Below are positions 48,450 through 61,200 of a stretch of 64,000 nucleotides of DNA, in pieces; position 1 is the first letter of the stretch; every line of letters begins with the position of its first letter. Under the pieces are notes generated by a model that saw only the letters and a program-made list of their open reading frames with translations, was not told the DNA's origin and made no database searches. Source of the stretch: Rhizodiscina lignyota (Eukaryota); NCBI GenBank assembly GCA_010015805.1, contig ML978121.1, forward strand, positions 1,426,001-1,490,000, read 5' to 3'. The position numbers and the translations under genes are program-made.

Positions 48450-49469
48450 TCATCTCTTGACCCAAGTCGGCATCTTTCTAGCTTTGACATGGCCAGGCTT
48501 CTTTCGCTCAACTTTTCGGGAATCACGAGTGAGTGTGCCGGCTACAGAGATAATTAGCAATGCTCGTTTTCCAAAAGTCACAGTCAAACTTTGGACAATC
48601 GACTCACCAAGTTTAAGCGGCAATCTCAGGCCTGGTTCCATAACGCACAACGCCTTCGCAACGGCCAATGTCAACGCCTCTGCCTGCCCCGTGATTCCAC
48701 CGCCTCTCACGAGCGCCCAGACATTGTACTTGTCGAGCCTCTGCGTGATTTTCAGCGGCCACACCGCGCTCTCCCTGTCATGCACGCGGCCGAAGAACTG
48801 GGTCAGACTCTTCCCATTGATCAGAACCTCTCCGTCTCCTTGCACGACGTATGCCTTGGCCGTGCTGGACTTTCTCCTCCCGATGCCCATTGCGCGGCCC
48901 CACTCGTCCAGGAATTGCTGCTTTGGCCGAGACTCGTACGGGTCGATTTCTCGCGTGTGTCTCGCGATTGCTTCTTTGACTTCGTCGGGCATCAGTGCGG
49001 GATGGATGGCATTCAGTCGTCTGAGCACGGCAATGATCCTCTCGTATCGCGCCGCGTCGATGCGCTCGCCGTCGCCAATCTCATGGTGGAATTGGTCCAA
49101 AGTTTTCCACGAGGCTTTCGGTGGCTCCGGTGTCCTCGGGAGGACTTCATGACGGCGGAGGAGCGCTCGCAGGGCGAGGAGCGTGTCAGTGTATTGTGGC
49201 TTCGCAGTAAAGTATGAGGGGGAAGCTGGGACTATGCGAACGCGTTTTGATAACGGGACACGTGACGGATGGGAGGAACTGAAGTCGATTTGGGGAGCGG
49301 CTTTGAAGGGTTGCTGTTGCTGCTCTTGACGGCCAGGAAAGGATGAAAAAGCCGCTCGAGGTGATTTGCGGAGGAGTAGCCGCTGCTGAGTTGGGCAGAG
49401 TGACCTGTGGTTCTGTTCGGAGCTTAGAGAGAGCCTCTCCAGAGCTATTGAGAGACGTGAGGCCCTCAT
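48450..49469 (-). CDS. MRPS9: Mitochondrial ribosomal protein S9 (uS9m)
   Basis: Arg/Ser/Leu-rich presequence MRASRLS..., then RIVPASPSYFT, GIGRRKSSTA, GGGITGQAEA and TRDSRKVERKKPGHVKARKMPTWVKR. One in-frame intron near 48.54-48.61 kb. Confidence 0.95.
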   Translation of the reverse strand: MRASRLSIALERLSLSSEQNHRSLCPTQQRLLLRKSPRAAFSSFPGRQEQQQQPFKAAPQIDFSSSHPSRVPLSKRVRIVPASPSYFTAKPQYTDTLLALRALLRRHEVLPRTPEPPKASWKTLDQFHHEIGDGERIDAARYERIIAVLRRLNAIHPALMPDEVKEAIARHTREIDPYESRPKQQFLDEWGRAMGIGRRKSSTAKAYVVQGDGEVLINGKSLTQFFGRVHDRESAVWPLKITQRLDKYNVWALVRGGGITGQAEALTLAVAKALCVMEPGLRLPLKLGESIVQSLTVTFGKRALLIISVAGTLTRDSRKVERKKPGHVKARKMPTWVKR

Positions 49470-49705
49470 GTTGCAGGATATGCCGCCGCAATGGGCGAAA
49501 TGGAGGTCGAGCAAAGCTTGAGACGAAAAGTGAAGATGCAGATGCACGTCCCCTGTTGCCAAGCCCACTCTTGGCGAGGCTCCTGCAAAAAAGTCCTCCA
49601 CCAGCGTGGAGCTTCTCCAGCCCACCACCTTTCAATTCCCAAAGCACCACCAACTTCCGCTCTCAAGCTCAAGGAACTGCAAGCAAACCGTAAATACCGG
49701 CAAAG

Positions 49706-51246
49706 ATGGCTACCGAGTTCGGCGGAAAGCTTTACGGTTTCGATGTAAGCTCCTCCACATTGCATTTCGACCCTCCACAGCTTCTGACCTTTGCGTCTGG
49801 CAGGGCAATGCGCGCACAACTGGCATCATGGCCGTTGTCAAGGCCAACAATCTCAAAGTCGAGCTCGTACAGACCAATCCTGCAAATGGACTGTCGAGCG
49901 ATTACCTTGCCATGAACAAGCTCGGCCGCGTTCCCACATTCGAGGGAAATGATGGCTACGTCCTGACCGAATCTATGGCCATCGCTATCTACTGTGAGTC
50001 AGATTTTCTTTGTACCTTGCACAGCAAAGTTTCGATGATGAGTAAATTATGCTTCAGTTATCCCTGTCTGAAATACAATGTTGAGACTATTCACACTCTG
50101 AGTCATCTATCTCATTGAAGATTCTTCGAAATACAAGTAGGGGATTTTTCTGACATTGGCAAAGTGACCTCCCAGAACGAGAAGACTACCCTCCTCGGCA
50201 AGACCAAGAAGGACTACGCTAGCATCTTGCGATGGATGTCCTTCAGCAACACTGAGCTTCTCCCGGCGCTCGGTGGCTGGTTCCGTCCCCTGGTTGGCCG
50301 TGACCCGTACAACAAGAAGAGCGTTGAGGACCACAGGATCACAGCCCTCAAGAATATCAAGGTGCTGGAGGAGCACTTCCTCGTGAACACCTACTTCGTC
50401 GGCGAGCGTCTTACCCTTGCCGACCTCTACGTCGTCTCGCAGGTCTACCGTGGATACCAATACGTCCTTGACAAGAAGTTCCGCGAGGAGCACCCTAACG
50501 TCACCCGCTGGTATGAGACCGTCTACAACCAGGACATCTATAAGTCAGTGGCGCCGAAATTTGAGATGTGCGAGGAGGCCGTCAAGTACACCCCTCCGAA
50601 GAAGGAGGCCGCACCAAAGAAGGCTGAAGCACCGAAAAAGGAGGCACCAAAGAAGAAGGAAGCTGAGGACGAAGAAGAAGAGGAGGACAAGCCTGCGCCA
50701 AAGCCCAAGCACCCGCTCGAGGCTCTGCCGAGAGCCACGTTCGTGCTGGACGACTGGAAGCGCAAGTACTCGAACGAGGAGACGCGGGAGGTTGCTCTGC
50801 CGTGGTTCTGGGAGAATATGAAGTGGGACGAGTACTCTATCTGGCGTGTCGACTACAAGTACAACGAGGAGTTGACCATGACGTTCATGACGTCCAACTT
50901 GATCGGTGAGTTTCAAAACCTCCGCTGATGGGAGTCATGGATTATGCTAATGGGAGTAGGCGGCTTCTTCGCTCGTCTTGAGGCTAGCCGCAAGTACCTC
51001 TTCGGTGCTTGCTCCGTCTATGGTGTCGCCAACGACTCTGTCGTCCGTGGCGCATTCGTCGTACGCGGGCAGGAGGCGCTCCCCGCGTTTGATGTTGCTC
51101 CTGATTGGGAGAGCTACGAGTTCACCAAGCTCGACCCTACGAAGGCTGAGGACAAGACGTTCGTCGACGACATGTGGGCGTGGGATAAGCCCATCGAGGT
51201 CAACGGCAAGACGTACGAATGGGCGGATGGCAAGGTGTTCAAGTAA
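49706..51246 (+). CDS. TEF4: Translation elongation factor 1B gamma (introns 49745-49803, 49994-50164, 50906-50959)
   Basis: GST-like N-domain (LGRVPTFEG..GYVLTESMAIAIY), a Lys/Glu linker, and a C-domain (KPKHPL, LDDWKRKYSN, FMTSNLIGGFFARLEASRK, APDWESY, DGKVFK*). Confidence 0.96.
50034..50107 (+). ncRNA. snR38: Intronic box C/D snoRNA, snR38/SNORD38-like
   Basis: C box ATGATGA (50035-50041), guide CAGTTATCCCTGT directly before D' CTGA (50068-50071), C'-like ATGTTGA, D box CTGA (50098-50101), and a terminal GATGA/TCATC complement. The guide is antisense to LSU rRNA ACAGGGAUAACUG. Yeast snR38 is hosted in the TEF4 intron. Confidence 0.9.
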
Positions 51247-52409
51247 GCGAGGCTGTATGCCTTGTTGATGAGGTTGATGAGCGACACGAGTGGATGAAAA
51301 ACGAGCTTTGATGCACGATGAATGTGATTTCGAGATGCGATTATACCTGGCATGGGTTACACTGCGATGTCCTTCATGGTAGTTCGCATGCACATAAAAT
51401 AGACAAAGTTACCCTACAAATGCGCCGCGAGATAAGTGATGTGAGGCCAGGATACAAGCGAATCACTGTGACAGGCTCGCTTGCCTTCTAGAAGATCGAC
51501 GGAAAGCAGCAGCAGGATCATGACCTCTCCATTGGGTAACTCCAGCCAGCGCCGTAGTTCGTCGTCATGATCGCGAAATTGCACTGTGCACAACGATGAT
51601 ATGGACTGCCTAGACTGCGAGGACTGGGACGGCCTAGGCCCCGCTGTAGGGCTGCGTAATAGAGTGGGAGGATGCGGCTTAGATCTGTGATTGAGATCTG
51701 CGGTTGGCTGTGGCACAACGTCGCGTTGCTTGGCGCGCGAACATTCGAGACTTTGACGTCTTGCCTCCATCACAGCCAAACAAACTCCAACATTCCACCA
51801 CCCGCTCCACTTGACTTGCACTGGCCGCTTACCCGCAGCGAAGACGTCACCTCTTCTAGCTCCTCGCCTTCTCTCTCAACCGTTTCACGGACACGTCTCT
51901 GGGAATTCTTCGATCCTTCCATACGCCACCTCACGAGACCACCCAATGCAAGGCAGCTGCCCAGAAGGCGTGAAAATCAGCGCGATCCTCCACTCTCGAT
52001 ATTTCCATCTTGCCCTCTTCCTTGGATCGCTTTCTCGGAACGTCTATTTACCTTTAGCTCCGATCTAAAACCCACTGCGTTGGTTTGACGGTTGGCAGCG
52101 TGTGTCGCCCCACAAGGCCAGCCAATTGTCATTAACGCGTTTGGCATCTCCGTTGTTCCCAAGCGCGTCCGTAGCCTGCACGTGCGGAGACTTTTACTTT
52201 AAACTCCCTAGACGGCTTTGTTTTAGCAGCTACCCGAAACATACTTAGGAAATCCACCGTACCTTGCGCCTGGTCGGCCTGCCAACCTCTCTACTCGCCG
52301 TCCATCTAATTTCCGGCACGAGATCTGTCTGAGAGCAACCGTTTGGTCAGGTTCCGCTTAACGGACGGAGTGCCCGTTCCGATTGAAGCATTTACGAGGG
52401 AGAGCCTTC

Positions 52410-54543
52410 ATGAGCCACGGCCAAAGCAGGACGAGCGGCAGGAGCCATGGCCATGGTCATGGAGCGCAGCGTTCGAGCGAACCGGCAATCCAGGTGATAT
52501 GCTTGGTGAGTCATTACTATCTTCTTTAAATGATTACTCTTACCACGGTACCAGGGGCTTGTATGACATGTATGCTAGAGTATTATGTTTCTGTATAAAT
52601 CGAGACATTTCTGTGCGCGTCATTTGCCGCAGCAACATCCAGGCCCATTTTCGTCAATGTGCTTGTTTTATGCAAGTAAACGCGTAGATCGTTAACCACG
52701 GGATTAGGGCTCGGGCGGTGGACCAAGCGAGGACAACGTCACGGGTTTCCTAGTCCGGTCGACGGCCGCAAATTGGTCAAAGGGCTCCATCTTAGCGGTC
52801 GACGCAGGTTCTCACCTTGCTGCCATTACCCGTATCCTAGAGAAAGATTTCTCAGCTGAATTCTCGAAGGTGGAGAACAACCATGTCACAGGCTCGGGAG
52901 AACTGGCACATTCCCCTGAAAATCTCTCTGGATCACCATCATCATCTCCACCCTCGGGAACTGAAAGCCCTGCCTTCTCTCGAGCCTCAACTCCACCAAT
53001 CACTATCACTACTCTTTCCACAGGACCATTTGCTGGCGTTCCGTTTCCCTACGCAACAGCTTCTGCAAACGCAGCGCACATCGTCCGAGAACATGTCTCA
53101 ACATATCTCATCACGCACCCACATTTGGATCACCTCTCTGGCTTTGCAATCAACACAGCAGCCTTCCACAACACTTCACGGCCAAAGCGCTTAGCTGCTC
53201 TGCCATTCACCGTCAATGCGATCAAGACTCACATCTTCAATGATCTCATTTGGCCGAATCTTACAGACGAGGATGGCGGTGTTGGTTTTGTGACCTTTCA
53301 GCGACTCACAGAAGGCGGCAACATTGCGCTTGGTGAAGGTCATGGCAGAGGCTTTATTGAAGTCTGCGATGGCTTGAGCGTCCGAGCCTTCAAGGTCTCT
53401 CACGGCAGGTGCACGATGGGATTTCCTCCTCCTTCTGGCTATCGTAGGAGCAGTGGCGGGAATATCCCAGAAGCAGCAACTCCCGTCCATCACGGCCATT
53501 CGCATTCACATTCTCAGACGATTTCGTACAACGGCGTCGGTGCAGGCGGAGCTCCACAACCATTAGGTACACCGAGAGATCCAGGCAGACGAGGCAGCTT
53601 GTACAGCCAGCCTTCGCAACCGGGCACGCCGACGTGGGCACCAGAGCACACCCAGCCAGTTGTTGACAGTAGCGCGTTCTTCATCCGCGCCGAAGCTCCC
53701 TACCTCACGTCTTCCACTCCGAACTTTTCGGCTTCTACTGCATCTCATGGATCATCTCACACTAGTGTAGCCTATACTCCTCGCTCGACAGAGATCTTGG
53801 TCTTCGGCGATGTCGAACCAGATTCTGTTTCCCTGTCTCCCCGCACCTCCTTTGTCTGGGGAGAAGCGGCACCAAAGATCGCAGCAGGCATACTCAAAGG
53901 CATCTTCATCGAATGTAGCTATACCGACGCGCAGGCCGATGCTGTGCTATTCGGTCATTTGGCCCCGCGTCACGTCATTGCTGAGCTCGTGGCACTCTCC
54001 GAACTTGTCGAGAAGGAGCGCAAAGAGCTGCAGCGCGAGCGGGAGGAGAGTAAGAAGGAACGAGCAGCAAGGAAGAGGAAGCGCATAAGCGTTGGCGTCA
54101 TAGAGATGGGCAACGACTCAAGCGCCGGCTTGGCACCACCTGGAGAATACGTTAGAACAGACGATGTAGAGAAAGGTCACCGCAGCAGGCGACGCACGTC
54201 TAAAACGCCGAACCTCCCGATCGATGAGTCGATGACTGACATACCGGCGGAAGCGTCCACGCCACTTCCTCCGCCACAGTCGCTACCGATTTCGACGATG
54301 ACTTCACCTACCTTACCCAGGAGGGCGAGTGTCAATGTGGCAACCGTCGGCGGCGGCGGCGGTTCTTTGAGGGGCTTGAAAGTGGTCATCATTCACGTCA
54401 AGGACTCGCTGAGCGACGGGCCGCCCACTGGGGACGTGATTCTGCAGGAGTTGAGGGCGCACGAGACGAGGCTTATGAGTCAAGGGAAGGGACTTGGCTG
54501 CGACTTTGAGGTCAGCAAGAGCGGCAACTCTTATTGGTTTTGA
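52410..54543 (+). CDS. PDE1: Low-affinity class II cAMP phosphodiesterase (intron 52506-52707)
   Basis: AIQVICL/GSGGGPSEDNVTGFLV...AVDAGS...YLITHPHLDHLSG...HIFNDLIWPNL...VSHG...DSSAFFI...FGDVEPDS...GIFIECSY...LFGHLAP...VIIHVKD. Confidence 0.94.
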
Positions 54544-54981
54544 TTTGGTATTTCTCGTCTTGCAGGGTCCGCGAGGGGTGGACATTATGGGCGGCGGCTA
54601 TTGTGAATTTCTACGTGGCTATGGGGTTTGATTATGGATGGCACAGCCAGCATGGGTTCTCTCACCCAGGCTGGAAGAGCCTTCTGCATCTTTGGTTGAG
54701 TTTCGGGTTTCAGGAGCGCTATTCCCGCAAGCGTCGTTCGGATTGGCGAAGCGCGAGCGACATTTTTTCATTTCATCTCGATTAACGCAGTATATCCTAG
54801 TACAGCGCTCTGTTTCTTCTCTTGTACACAGCCGAGACTCCAGTAACTCCACAGATGGGTGCGATGCTACTTCAATGGAAGTTGATATCGAAAAAGTTCA
54901 GAGTTGCCTTGATTCCGTAAGGATATTTCTAGAACAAAGATGATTGAAGAAAGATAACTACATACGCGCGAAAGGCAAAAC

Positions 54982-56135
54982 TTACACTGCACTGTATCCT
55001 CCTCTCGACCCTGGGCCTTGTATGGTGCTCACCACTCGCCTTCCCCAGTCCTTTACTAGGTACGGGATGTCGCGAATGGTGTCGCCGTGTGGCAGGAGAT
55101 CCCAGCCTCTTGCACCGTAGCGATTGTAGTTCAGCCAGGAGCCGAAGATGAGGTAGGCAGAAATGCAGAGGAAGAGGCTTGATAAAACATTGGCATGTGG
55201 CATGCGGCATGTGGCAGAATGAAGGAGGGAGAACTCACATAATCAAGAACCAAGTAAAGAAGCCCCATCCATCTTTGGGATTCAAATCTGGGTTGTTAAC
55301 CGCGTCCTCGCATGCATACTTCGTTTTCCATTCCAGCCTGAGCACACCGACAGCTGGGTCGCCTTCTTGTTTATAGCTCACAAACGTCAAGCTCTTATTC
55401 TTCTTCTCGCCTTCCTCTCCCTTTTCTTCTCCCTCATCGTCCCTCTTCTCTTTCTCATCTCCATCCTCCTTCGGCCGGTCGTCCTCCTCGTCCCCTTCCA
55501 ACCCCGAGCGGTCCTTGTCGCACACCATTTCTATCATGGCCTTCTGCGGTACTCCCTTCTTGTCGTTGAACGGAAATTTCCCGCCGTTGAATTCGATCAG
55601 TAGCCCCTCGCGGTCCGCGTCAGCGTGAGATCCGGAGTTCTTGAGTAGCTGCCACTTTGGGTCCCAGCCCGCTGTCGAGTGGATGAAGTCGCCCGCGATG
55701 GGCACGACGTGCTCGATGCGCGAGGTGTTGTCATTTTTACCCGTGACGTAGTCGATACCGCAGACTGTGATTGAGGGGACTCATGTTAGCTCGGAGGCTT
55801 CTGGTGATGCGTTTGGGTGCCTGATAACTTGGTGTGGGGAGTATGGGAATTGGGTGGAACATACCTCTCGCACCGTTGGGGCATTCTTCGTCGGCGGGGA
55901 CGCCCTTTGTCCTCTTCAACGGTTGACATATGTCGATGGTGTATGTGTGATTGTGGGTGATAAGCTCTTCCGTCTCTATCCAATGTACCACGTGCGGACC
56001 CCCGAGCGGTTTCAGGTTGAAGCGAATTCTATCCTTGACAATGTCGGAGCAGTCGAAGCTAGCTGCGGCGAGGATGAGGCTAGGGAGGGAGAGGAGGGAG
56101 CATAGGCGAATCGTGGGCGCCGATAAGGGCCGCAT
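54982..56135 (-). CDS. ATG27: Autophagy-related protein 27 (type I membrane, MRH-like), 3 exons
   Basis: Signal peptide, Cys-containing luminal domain, LEWKTKYACE, WGFFTWFLI/..FLCISAYLIFGSWLNYNRYGARGWDLLPHGD, and a C-terminal RGGYSAV YxxPhi signal. Confidence 0.93.
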
Positions 56136-56774
56136 GTTGGAGGTCGTGGTGTATTACAAAAGAGGATCCGCAGTTGTGGAAGGTCGGAAAGGGGAAGGAG
56201 AAGACGGTACTTGAGTTTTGGACGCCGCAGATGGAAAAGGGATTAAAGAGCGACGCCGAAGGAAGATTAGGAGGGTCTAAGTAGAAGGGTGACAGATAAA
56301 TGGGGCTTTGAAGTGTGGAGAGGTTCTTGTTGGCGTTGACTGCGAGCGTGACATCGGCATATGCCTGAACGGCAAAACCTCGGCTCGGCAACTTTGTCGA
56401 AACCTTTTAGTCCAACTCCTTTGGCGTTTTGTATAATGTGTGATGGCTTCGTACTGTCATGGCATCTATTTCATTCCTAACACGAATACATTTCTGACTA
56501 TCAGACCTAGATTTTGCGAGTCCGTACAGAGTAACACGATCTCTAATAAGCTACTGACAGCCGACGATGTCTCACAGCAGACAACCTCCCGAGATCCACG
56601 CCTCGCATCCGCGTGACAATGTACAGAGACAGCACAAACGAATCGACAGAATGACATAAGTACAGGAAACCGCATAAACCAACTAACGATCATGTTCATA
56701 ATCATGACATATTACCGAAATGGTTGCCTTTGTGGCCTTTGTCTCTCATATCGTACCTTTCCTTTTCCGTCGCT

Positions 56775-58229
56775 TCATCGCCCCTTTGAGTCCTTCTCCT
56801 CGTGCGCCTTACTCTTCCTCCATTTCTCCAGCGTCATGATCGACTTTTTGGCTTGGTCTACCGTCTTGTTCTCCTTGATCAGTTTGTACATTTCCTCAAA
56901 GCAGATCCGTGTGTTGCGGCCGACTTTGCTATGACCAAGGTGCGTTTTGTAGTGTTCTTGAAGGTTGTCGTTCCTGCTGAACCAAGATTTCTTGCATCCA
57001 GGAACATCGCAGTGGAACTCTCTCTTTCCGGTGTGGGTGTATATGTGTCGTCTATGATGTTCGATACGGGCAAATGCCTTTAAGCACCTCGATCCGTCAG
57101 GGAGCATTGCGCCACAGGGATGTTTTTTCGGAACTTTCCCCGTTCGATCGCCGTTCACGTTGTTATCGATTGTGACAGCTATCTTGGTACCTTCGGCGCC
57201 TGGAAGATATCCGGTAACCTGGCGCGCCTCTCGATGCTTCCTCGGCAACGACCGACGTCGTTTCTCCCTCTTCGCTCTTTTGCCGCCAGTCGGCGACTCA
57301 TACATGGAGTGGGTCGTCCCTTTACCGGAACGTCTGAATGATGGGGTGAAGTCCGGGTCATCATCGGACTTCATGTCAACGTCCATGAAAGGTTCCGGCG
57401 ATGCAGTTCGACTCAAGTCGGCAAATCTCAAGCGATGTCCAGACGACGGACTCGGGTCCACCTGCAGAGGGCTGTGCTCGACGAATGTCGCCGAAGGAGC
57501 AATGGTAGATCCATGCTCTGCAACCATACCACCAGGGAGCGAAAATGGCTGCCGGAGCTGATCGATTGGAATGTTTGGAAGACCATTGAATTGGCTGATT
57601 TCGGTGGGAGCTTGCGCAGATCCATAGAAAATGTCGGGCTCCTTCCAACTGTCACATGTTGAGAAGTAATAACCGGACGGATTGCCTGGACCAGTTGAAG
57701 TACAAAACTGAGCAGGGTCTTCTTGGGCAGTGAAAGGCAGGCTTGGCCCAAACGATGATCCAAAGCTACCGGTGGTGGACAAATCCTGATAAGCGACCGA
57801 AGAGGGAACATTGGTTTCAGAGCCACGTATCCATATCCACTCTGTCTCTTGTTGAGCTGAGAAATCCTCTACTGGCGTCACTGGCGTTTGTGGTGTCGCG
57901 ACCGGTACGCTGTCGAAAGAGCTTTTTGAATCCAATACCTGAGACTGTTGGCTCAAGGTAAAGCTACTAAACGAAAGACCGGGATTGACTACGCAGTAGC
58001 TGTTGGAAAGCCCATTGTCTGCTCCTCGTGGCGTTGAAGGACCTTGGGTTGTTTCGACTGAGGACACACTTCCCGGATAGGAACCGAACCCCCAACACTC
58101 TGAAGACGCAATAGAACCTCGTCGTCCTTCCGTTGCAGAGGGAAGTGGAGTCAGCAATCCGCTATGGATATACCCTTCGTCACTCGGAGTCCCTAGGTCG
58201 GTGGTGTCAATACGCAGGTATTGATCCAT
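56775..58229 (-). CDS. Two-finger C2H2 transcription factor, BrlA-like zinc-finger region
   Basis: C(x9)C..AFARIEHHRRHIYTH-TGKREFH-CDVPGCKKSWFSRNDNLQEHYKTH...GRN. S/T/P-rich activation-type N-terminus and a basic NLS. The likely ATG is at 58229 (MDQYL). Confidence 0.85.
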   Translation of the reverse strand: MDQYLRIDTTDLGTPSDEGYIHSGLLTPLPSATEGRRGSIASSECWGFGSYPGSVSSVETTQGPSTPRGADNGLSNSYCVVNPGLSFSSFTLSQQSQVLDSKSSFDSVPVATPQTPVTPVEDFSAQQETEWIWIRGSETNVPSSVAYQDLSTTGSFGSSFGPSLPFTAQEDPAQFCTSTGPGNPSGYYFSTCDSWKEPDIFYGSAQAPTEISQFNGLPNIPIDQLRQPFSLPGGMVAEHGSTIAPSATFVEHSPLQVDPSPSSGHRLRFADLSRTASPEPFMDVDMKSDDDPDFTPSFRRSGKGTTHSMYESPTGGKRAKREKRRRSLPRKHREARQVTGYLPGAEGTKIAVTIDNNVNGDRTGKVPKKHPCGAMLPDGSRCLKAFARIEHHRRHIYTHTGKREFHCDVPGCKKSWFSRNDNLQEHYKTHLGHSKVGRNTRICFEEMYKLIKENKTVDQAKKSIMTLEKWRKSKAHEEKDSKGR

Positions 58230-61200
58230 GCTTGAAGTTGCTTGGAGTCCACTACGTAATGATTCAATCAGCAAGAGGACGGAGCTGAAGCAGGTACACT
58301 TGCGAAGCTCATACCACAGTGCGACAAATGGGAATTATGCGGGGTGACTCAATGAAAATGTCGAGCGTCCACGGACAACATTTATGGACGGAAATCTCTC
58401 TCAATGGACGAATGAGACGAATAACAGGGGACGGAGAGACTCTGCAGGACCAGCCCTCCAAGAGCATGGCCAGAAGGGCATAATGGCAATCTTTTGCGAG
58501 GCGAGCACTAACCGCTGTGAAACAAGAATAATTGCAGACTGCCAAAACGCGGTTCGTGAACGCGCTCTAGTTAGGACCTGACGTAGGAATGGCGTATCGG
58601 ATATCGGCAAAGGCTGGATCTCTCCACAATCGTCAACGTTTTCAGTAGGGCTTCGTCGGTAGACGTTGAATCTGCAGTGCAAGAGTAGGTAGCGCCACCA
58701 AGGGGTCTGGGTGGAAAGGACGACTTAATCTCCCGCAGGTAGATCGGATCGCGCAGGGTCTGCAAGGGATATCCTGAACTGGCAGGATCTTCAGGAACTG
58801 GACAAGTGAAGTGCTTTCAACGGCGGAGGGCCACATGTAAACGAGTACCTTGCAGAATCGTTCGTGTGGGGAGAAAAACGGTCTTTATGAAAGCTAGCTG
58901 AAGTGGTGTGTGCCTCAGCAGGTGAATTGACCATACCCGCCAGCTTGGACCTTGTTGGAATTGAGGGTCTGCCTCGAGAGCATACTGGCCAGTTTTGATC
59001 ATTGCTCTTTCAGCCTTCAGCAAACGCCTCAGACGTGGAATGACACAACACAGGTTTGCCACAAAGCAAGCTCGACGCAAAATGCTACAGCCACCTCCAC
59101 CACGGTTCTGCAGGCACTGCGATAACATCTGCATTTCCACGATGCCACATCTTCGAAGAATCTGCTCGACGTTCTGCGCTAGCAAGCTCGAGTCGCATCT
59201 TGCCCCTGAGCTTGCAGCTGCAGAAAATGACTTGCAGACGCGTCCAGCCATACTGCACCCCACAGCATGAACTGGGATTGATCCAAAGATTATCCAGTGA
59301 TTTTGCAGCGCAGTACATGGCTACCGGCTGTGTAAGGCGATACTGAAATGACTATCATCGTGTGAACTTTCCCTGCGCACTAGATCGCAGCTATTCGTGC
59401 GGGACTAAGAACGCAGACAAGGTATACAGAGGAATGAAAACAGTCTGTGGCACACATCTCCGCCAAGTTTCTCCACCAGCCTTCAACACACTTTTCCCGT
59501 GCGCCAATCGTACCACTTTCTGCGAAGCGTATCGCTCAAGCTAATCTTCATTCGAGACCCACTTGGCGGAAAGGCAAAGAGGCTGTTTTGTGTCAGAATG
59601 CACTTCAACTGACCTGCTGAAAGAGGGCTGTGGCGGATCAGTCAGCCTGGAATGGATGGCTAGCACGACCTTCTGGGGATAGGCAAAATTTACGATTGGA
59701 TACCAAAGGGACGGGTATGGCGTAGATCGCATAGGCCAGCTACAGCTGTCAAAATCCCGCCCACTGCCTATTTGGACAACAACGCTCTCCACCACGTTTT
59801 TGGAGGTCACTACAACCTCCATCCAGTCTTTCAAGTTGATTGAGTACAACATGACATGTCTCCTCTTCTGAAAAGGTCGCACATCATCGTTTGAATTCAG
59901 CACTGGCGTTTCTCAGTAGGGCCGAATAGCGCCGCTCGATTAGGACGTTGTACAACGTCTGCAAATTCTATATGCAGTAGGGGCTTGGACCTCTTATAGC
60001 TCAAAGCTGAATCGGAGAAGACACATCGAATATTCCGTGGAGCAACAGTTGCCGATAGCGAGCTAGCCACCACTAAAGTGGCCTACATGTCTTAAACCCG
60101 CTGCAGGCTACGCGAGAACCCAGAGGAATGAACCTTCAGGATATCGCCGACCTCGGAGCCAGAACGAGGCGCGAGGCTCAAGTGGAGATCCCGACGGTGG
60201 CTGCATTGCTTCTTTCTTCTGGAACTCAGAAGAAGACGTCAGTCTGGAAACTGGAGAGAAGTCACGCAACTGTGGATCCTCGTTGGATCTTCTTTGTATT
60301 CCCAACAGTGTCTCATCCATTCCTGTCCGGATCCGTCTTTCCAGTGTGTGTACTCGAAGGTGGTGGTGAACACAGGATAAATGCCAACAAGGGCCCGAAA
60401 TGGAGTCGACTCTCTACCGGGGTAACGGAGGAGCCCATTGGTCGGATACAGTCTGGCCGATCATGTCAACGTTGTGAAAAATAACGGTTCGCCGACGGCT
60501 CCCTGCATCGTGAGAACAAAGAAACGCGCTCTCTGGAGATGAGTTTCAACAGACGCGAGAGTCGCCTGCGAGGTCATTGGCCTGAGGCCATTGCAGATGC
60601 GTTCCTCACAAGGGCGGCTGGGCAGGCTAGCGCGCCAGACGCGGTCGATAGCGAGATGAGATGCTTCACGCCAAGCACAATATGCAGACATGTCATACTG
60701 ATGGTGGAGAAAATGGTCTGGGGACGGGAGTGCTTTTCCTTGATTTTTCCATGTCTATTGCTGTCCCCAATTTGCGGTCGCTTCTCTTTCCGGTCTCAGT
60801 TCCAACTGCTCGTCCGTGAGACACTTGTGTCTCATACCGATGAGAACATTGATCATCTGTTGCCCGTTGATCAGTACCCTCTCACTGGCACTTGACATGT
60901 CCATTCCCCCTATGCATCGATTTGTACTGCCGACTGAGTCAGTGCCCGAGGCGAGCCGGATCTGCGTCGTAGCGTCCGGTGACGACCTGTCTCAAACATG
61001 CACAACACCGCTCCACGTGAGTGGACGAGTAGGCGCTGTATGTCTCAACAGGCCTGGCATTCGCGCAATGACATTCGCGCAACGGCATTGTCTTGGGTCC
61101 GTGAGGTCTGGTCTTTGCCATTCAACATGCGGTACAAATGCATCGGGCCGAGTTGACGTGCGTACAGCAACGCAGAGAGATCACAGGGCGCACCCACGGT

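Noticed and set aside
49470..49628. N-terminal extension of MRPS9
   Set aside because: It has a non-ATG start and overlaps the shared promoter. The presequence-like region begins at ATG 49469.
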